From a virus, in UHGV virus genome UHGV-0121884: a stretch of 40,758 bases of DNA; one strand, given 5' to 3'. This document shows positions 37,595-40,758 of the stretch, piece by piece; positions within the stretch are counted from its first letter, which is position 1, and each line of letters opens with the position of its first letter. Position numbers and translations under genes: made by a program. Under the pieces are notes generated by a model. It made no database searches, was not told the DNA's origin, and worked only from the letters and a program-made list of their open reading frames with translations.

Positions 37595-40540
37595 ATGACA
37601 GACATTACAGCCAATGTGATTGTATCGATGCCTTCGCAACTCTTCACTATGGCGCGTTCTTTTAAAGCCGTAGCTAATGGCAAAATTTATATCGGTAAAA
37701 TTGATACTGACCCTGTAAATCCTGAAAACCAGATTCAGGCTTATGTGGAGAACGAAGACGGTTCTCACGTTCCTGTTTCTCAACCAATCATCATTAACGC
37801 TGCTGGATATCCTGTATATAACGGACAGATTGCCAAATTCGTTACCGTGCAAGGCCATTCTATGGCTGTTTATGATGCGTATGGTGCGCAGCAGTTCTAT
37901 TTTCCTAATGTGCTGAAGTATGACCCAGATCAACTACGGCAGCAATTAGAAGACCCAGATGGAGCGAATAAATACCCAAAACTTCAGATAGCAAGATGGA
38001 GAGACAGTTATGATGTAAGAGGTTGGGGGGCTATTGGTGATGGTGTTCATGATGATACATCAGCTCTATCAGAATTACTTTCTGTTGCAACAGGTGGTGA
38101 AAAGATAGATGGGCGAGGGCTTACTTTTAAAGTATCAACTCTTCCAGATGTCAGTCGATTTAAAAATGCTCGTTTTTTATTTGAGAGAATACCGGGTCAG
38201 CCTCTTTTTTATGCTTCTGAAGATTTTATCCAGGGAGAGTTATTTAAAATTACAGATACACCGTGGTACAACGCCTGGACGCAGGATAAAACGTTTGTAT
38301 ATGACAATGTCATCTATGCGCCTTTTATGGCTGGAGACCGCCATGGTGTAAATAACCTCCATGTTGCATGGGTTCGCTCAGGAGATGACGGGAAGACCTG
38401 GACAACGCCGGAATGGCTTACAGATTTACATGAAAACTATCCCACAGTTAACTATCACTGCATGAGTATGGGGGTTGTCAGAAATCGCCTTTTTGCTGTA
38501 ATTGAGACGCGGACCGTGAGAGGAAATAAACTGCAGGTTGCAGAGTTGTGGGATCGCCCAATGAGTCGCAGCCTTCGCGTTTATGGTGGTATAACGAAAG
38601 CAGCAAATCAGCAAGTCGCTTATATTCGCATTACTGATCACGGATTATTTGCTGGTGATTTTGTCAACTTCTCAAACTCTGGTGTTACAGATGTTACCGG
38701 GAATATGACGGTGACTACTGTTATTGATAAAAATACCTTTACAGTTACGACGCAAAATACCCAGGATGTGGATCAGAATAACGAGGGTAGATACTGGAGT
38801 TTTGGCACATCATTTCACTCGTCACCATGGAGAAAAACCAGTCTTGGAACTATTCCTTCTTTTGTTGACGGAAGCACTCCTGTTACTGAGATTCACAGTT
38901 TTGCGACGATTAGCGATAACAGTTTTGCTGTTGGCTACCATAATGGTGATATTGGTCCACGCGAGCTTGGGATACTCTATTTCTCTGATGCTTTCGGTTC
39001 TCCTGGTAGCTTTGTTCGCAGACGCATACCTGCAGAATATGAGGCGAATGCATCTGAGCCATGTGTAAAATATTATGATGGCATTCTGTATCTGACGACC
39101 AGGGGGACATTAAGTACTCAACCCGGTAGTTCATTGCACAGAAGCTCTGATTTAGGTACATCATGGAATTCTCTTCGCTTCCCAAATAATGTTCATCACT
39201 CAAACCTTCCTTTTGCCAAAGTTGGCGATGAGCTGGTTATTTTTGGCAGTGAGCGCGCATTTGGTGAGTGGGAAGGAGGAGAACCTGATAACCGTTATGC
39301 AGGAAATTATCCAAGAACATTTATGACCAGAGTTAACGTCAATGAGTGGAGTCTGGATAATGTAGAGTGGGTTAATGTTACTGATCAGATTTATCAGGGC
39401 GGAATAGTTAACTCTGCGGTTGGTGTTGGTTCAGTTTGTATCAAAGACAACTGGCTGTACTACATTTTCGGTGGGGAAGATTTTCTAAACCCATGGAGCA
39501 TAGGGGATAACAACAGAAAATATCCTTATGTTCACGATGGTCACCCGGCTGATTTGTATTGTTTCAGGGTGAAAATTAAACAGGAAGAATTTGTTTCAAG
39601 GGATTTTGTCTACGGAGCCACTCCTAACAGAACGCTTCCTACTTTTATGTCGACGTCAGGCGTGAGGACGGTTCCTGTACCCGTTGATTTCACAGATGAT
39701 GTTGCCGTCCAGTCACTGACTGTCCATGCAGGTACATCAGGACAAGTTCGCGCGGAAGTCAAACTTGAGGGTAATTACGCCATTATTGCGAAGAAAGTAC
39801 CGTCTGATGATGTTACCGCTCAGAGATTAATCGTTAGCGGCGGTGAAACAACGTCTTCAGCAGATGGTGCAATGATAACGTTGCATGGTTCCGGAAGCAG
39901 TACTCCACGTCGCGCGGTATATAACGCACTCGAACATCTTTTTGAGAACGGAGATGTTAAACCTTATCTTGATAATGTAAATGCTCTTGGTGGTCCGGGA
40001 AACAGGTTCTCGACAGTTTATCTTGGCTCCAATCCTGTGGTTACCAGTGACGGAACATTAAAGACAGAGCCGGTCTCTCCTGACGAAGCATTGCTGGATG
40101 CCTGGGGTGACGTCAGGTATATCGCTTATAAATGGCTGAACGCTGTCGCTATAAAGGGGGAAGAAGGGGCGAGGATACATCATGGTGTAATCGCGCAGCA
40201 ACTTCGTGATGTTCTTATTTCTCACGGACTCATGGAAGAAGAAAGCACAACATGCCGCTATGCCTTTCTTTGCTATGACGATTATCCCGCAGTATATGAT
40301 GACGTCATTACTGGCCAAAGGGAAATGCCGCTGACTGATAATGACGGGAGCATCATTGTTGATGAGGATGATAATCCAGTGATGGTAATAGAAGACATCA
40401 TTGAGCGCGTTGAAATAACGCCAGCAGGATCTAGATGGGGGGTCAGACCTGATCTCTTATTCTATATCGAGGCGGCATGGCAGCGCAGAGAAATAGAAAG
40501 AATAAAAGCTAGGTTAGACTTAATAGAAGGGAAGCACTAA
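37595..40540 (+). CDS. tailspike: P22-type head-binding domain fused to endosialidase (endo-N-acetylneuraminidase) with C-terminal intramolecular chaperone domain
   Basis: 981 aa; N-terminus [57 protein letters not shown] matches P22 gp9 head-binding domain; C-terminal 164 aa (from Ser818, motif SDGTLK) matches K1-phage endosialidase chaperone domain; GGAG SD. Confidence 0.85.
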   Translation: MTDITANVIVSMPSQLFTMARSFKAVANGKIYIGKIDTDPVNPENQIQAYVENEDGSHVPVSQPIIINAAGYPVYNGQIAKFVTVQGHSMAVYDAYGAQQFYFPNVLKYDPDQLRQQLEDPDGANKYPKLQIARWRDSYDVRGWGAIGDGVHDDTSALSELLSVATGGEKIDGRGLTFKVSTLPDVSRFKNARFLFERIPGQPLFYASEDFIQGELFKITDTPWYNAWTQDKTFVYDNVIYAPFMAGDRHGVNNLHVAWVRSGDDGKTWTTPEWLTDLHENYPTVNYHCMSMGVVRNRLFAVIETRTVRGNKLQVAELWDRPMSRSLRVYGGITKAANQQVAYIRITDHGLFAGDFVNFSNSGVTDVTGNMTVTTVIDKNTFTVTTQNTQDVDQNNEGRYWSFGTSFHSSPWRKTSLGTIPSFVDGSTPVTEIHSFATISDNSFAVGYHNGDIGPRELGILYFSDAFGSPGSFVRRRIPAEYEANASEPCVKYYDGILYLTTRGTLSTQPGSSLHRSSDLGTSWNSLRFPNNVHHSNLPFAKVGDELVIFGSERAFGEWEGGEPDNRYAGNYPRTFMTRVNVNEWSLDNVEWVNVTDQIYQGGIVNSAVGVGSVCIKDNWLYYIFGGEDFLNPWSIGDNNRKYPYVHDGHPADLYCFRVKIKQEEFVSRDFVYGATPNRTLPTFMSTSGVRTVPVPVDFTDDVAVQSLTVHAGTSGQVRAEVKLEGNYAIIAKKVPSDDVTAQRLIVSGGETTSSADGAMITLHGSGSSTPRRAVYNALEHLFENGDVKPYLDNVNALGGPGNRFSTVYLGSNPVVTSDGTLKTEPVSPDEALLDAWGDVRYIAYKWLNAVAIKGEEGARIHHGVIAQQLRDVLISHGLMEEESTTCRYAFLCYDDYPAVYDDVITGQREMPLTDNDGSIIVDEDDNPVMVIEDIIERVEITPAGSRWGVRPDLLFYIEAAWQRREIERIKARLDLIEGKH

Positions 40541-40693
40541 ATGTTTCGTTGGCGTCAAAAATATGAACTGCTCACATAAAGAAGTAAGTACATTGGCAAA
40601 AAACATTGACGTCAACGAAATTAAATATAAAAATTTAAATGCTTTTTAATGACAAGAAAAGTAACTAGTGGTAAAATAACGTAGGATACTAAC

Positions 40694-40758
40694 ATGTCAA
40701 GACTCAAGACTCAAGACTCAAGACTCAAGACTCAAGACTCAAGACTCAAGACTCAAGA
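40694..40758 (+). CDS. neuO: 5' end of neuO-like polysialic acid O-acetyltransferase gene (partial, runs off window)
   Basis: ATG 40694 with AGGA 7 nt upstream, immediately followed by AAGACTC heptad repeats encoding (SRLKTQD)n, the known neuO 5' architecture; acetyltransferase body not in window. Confidence 0.6.
   Translation, partial: MSRLKTQDSRLKTQDSRLKTQ
40697..40758. repeat. tandem heptanucleotide repeat (TCAAGAC / AAGACTC), at least 8 full copies, truncated by window end
   Basis: Perfect copies at 40697, 40704, 40711, 40718, 40725, 40732, 40739, 40746 plus partial ninth copy. Confidence 0.9.

Noticed and set aside
40697-40758. Possible CRISPR array or simple satellite at the right end
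   Set aside because: The units are contiguous 7-nt repeats with no spacers and lie inside an ORF straight after its start codon; this is a slipped-strand contingency tract, not CRISPR.

Overview
The window is almost entirely one integrated lambdoid prophage of the P22-like (Sf6/HK620/CUS-3-type) group, read from its left host junction to the start of a capsule-modifying gene after the tailspike. All identifications are from reading the sequence and ORF translations against remembered protein families; no database search was run. Layout: nt 1-134 is the 3' end of a host LysR-type gene (dsdC-like), followed at 234-248 by a 15-nt tRNA 3'-end core (att site). Minus-strand early-left genes span 322-7394 (AlpA-type Xis, accessory genes, RecT, CIII-like, Ea10/Ral/orf28 block, P22-type N), with SieB on the plus strand. 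The immunity region (7574-9203) has nutL boxB, PL, C2 repressor, Cro and CII. Replication genes (9447-11700) are an O-like initiator with internal ori iterons and a DnaB-type helicase. A lambda-type nin/Q/late-regulatory/lysis block follows (NinB, Dam methylase, NinE/X/F, YbcO-like, RusA, NinH, Q, PR'/6S RNA/tR', S, R, Rz/Rz1). P22-type morphogenesis genes run from 18258 to 31998 (TerS, TerL, portal, scaffold, coat, gp4, gp10, gp26, gp14, gp7, gp20, gp16). An expanded immI-like accessory region (32016-37472) precedes a chimeric endosialidase tailspike (37595-40540) and the 5' end of a neuO-like gene made of AAGACTC heptad repeats that run off the window. No integrase, rRNA, complete tRNA or CRISPR array is present. 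The best candidates for undescribed biology are in the immI region: a ClpP-fold protease translationally coupled to mnt, and a second CI-like HTH-S24 protein with an Ala-Arg in place of the Ala-Gly cleavage site, a C-terminal extension and a downstream 4-TM membrane protein.
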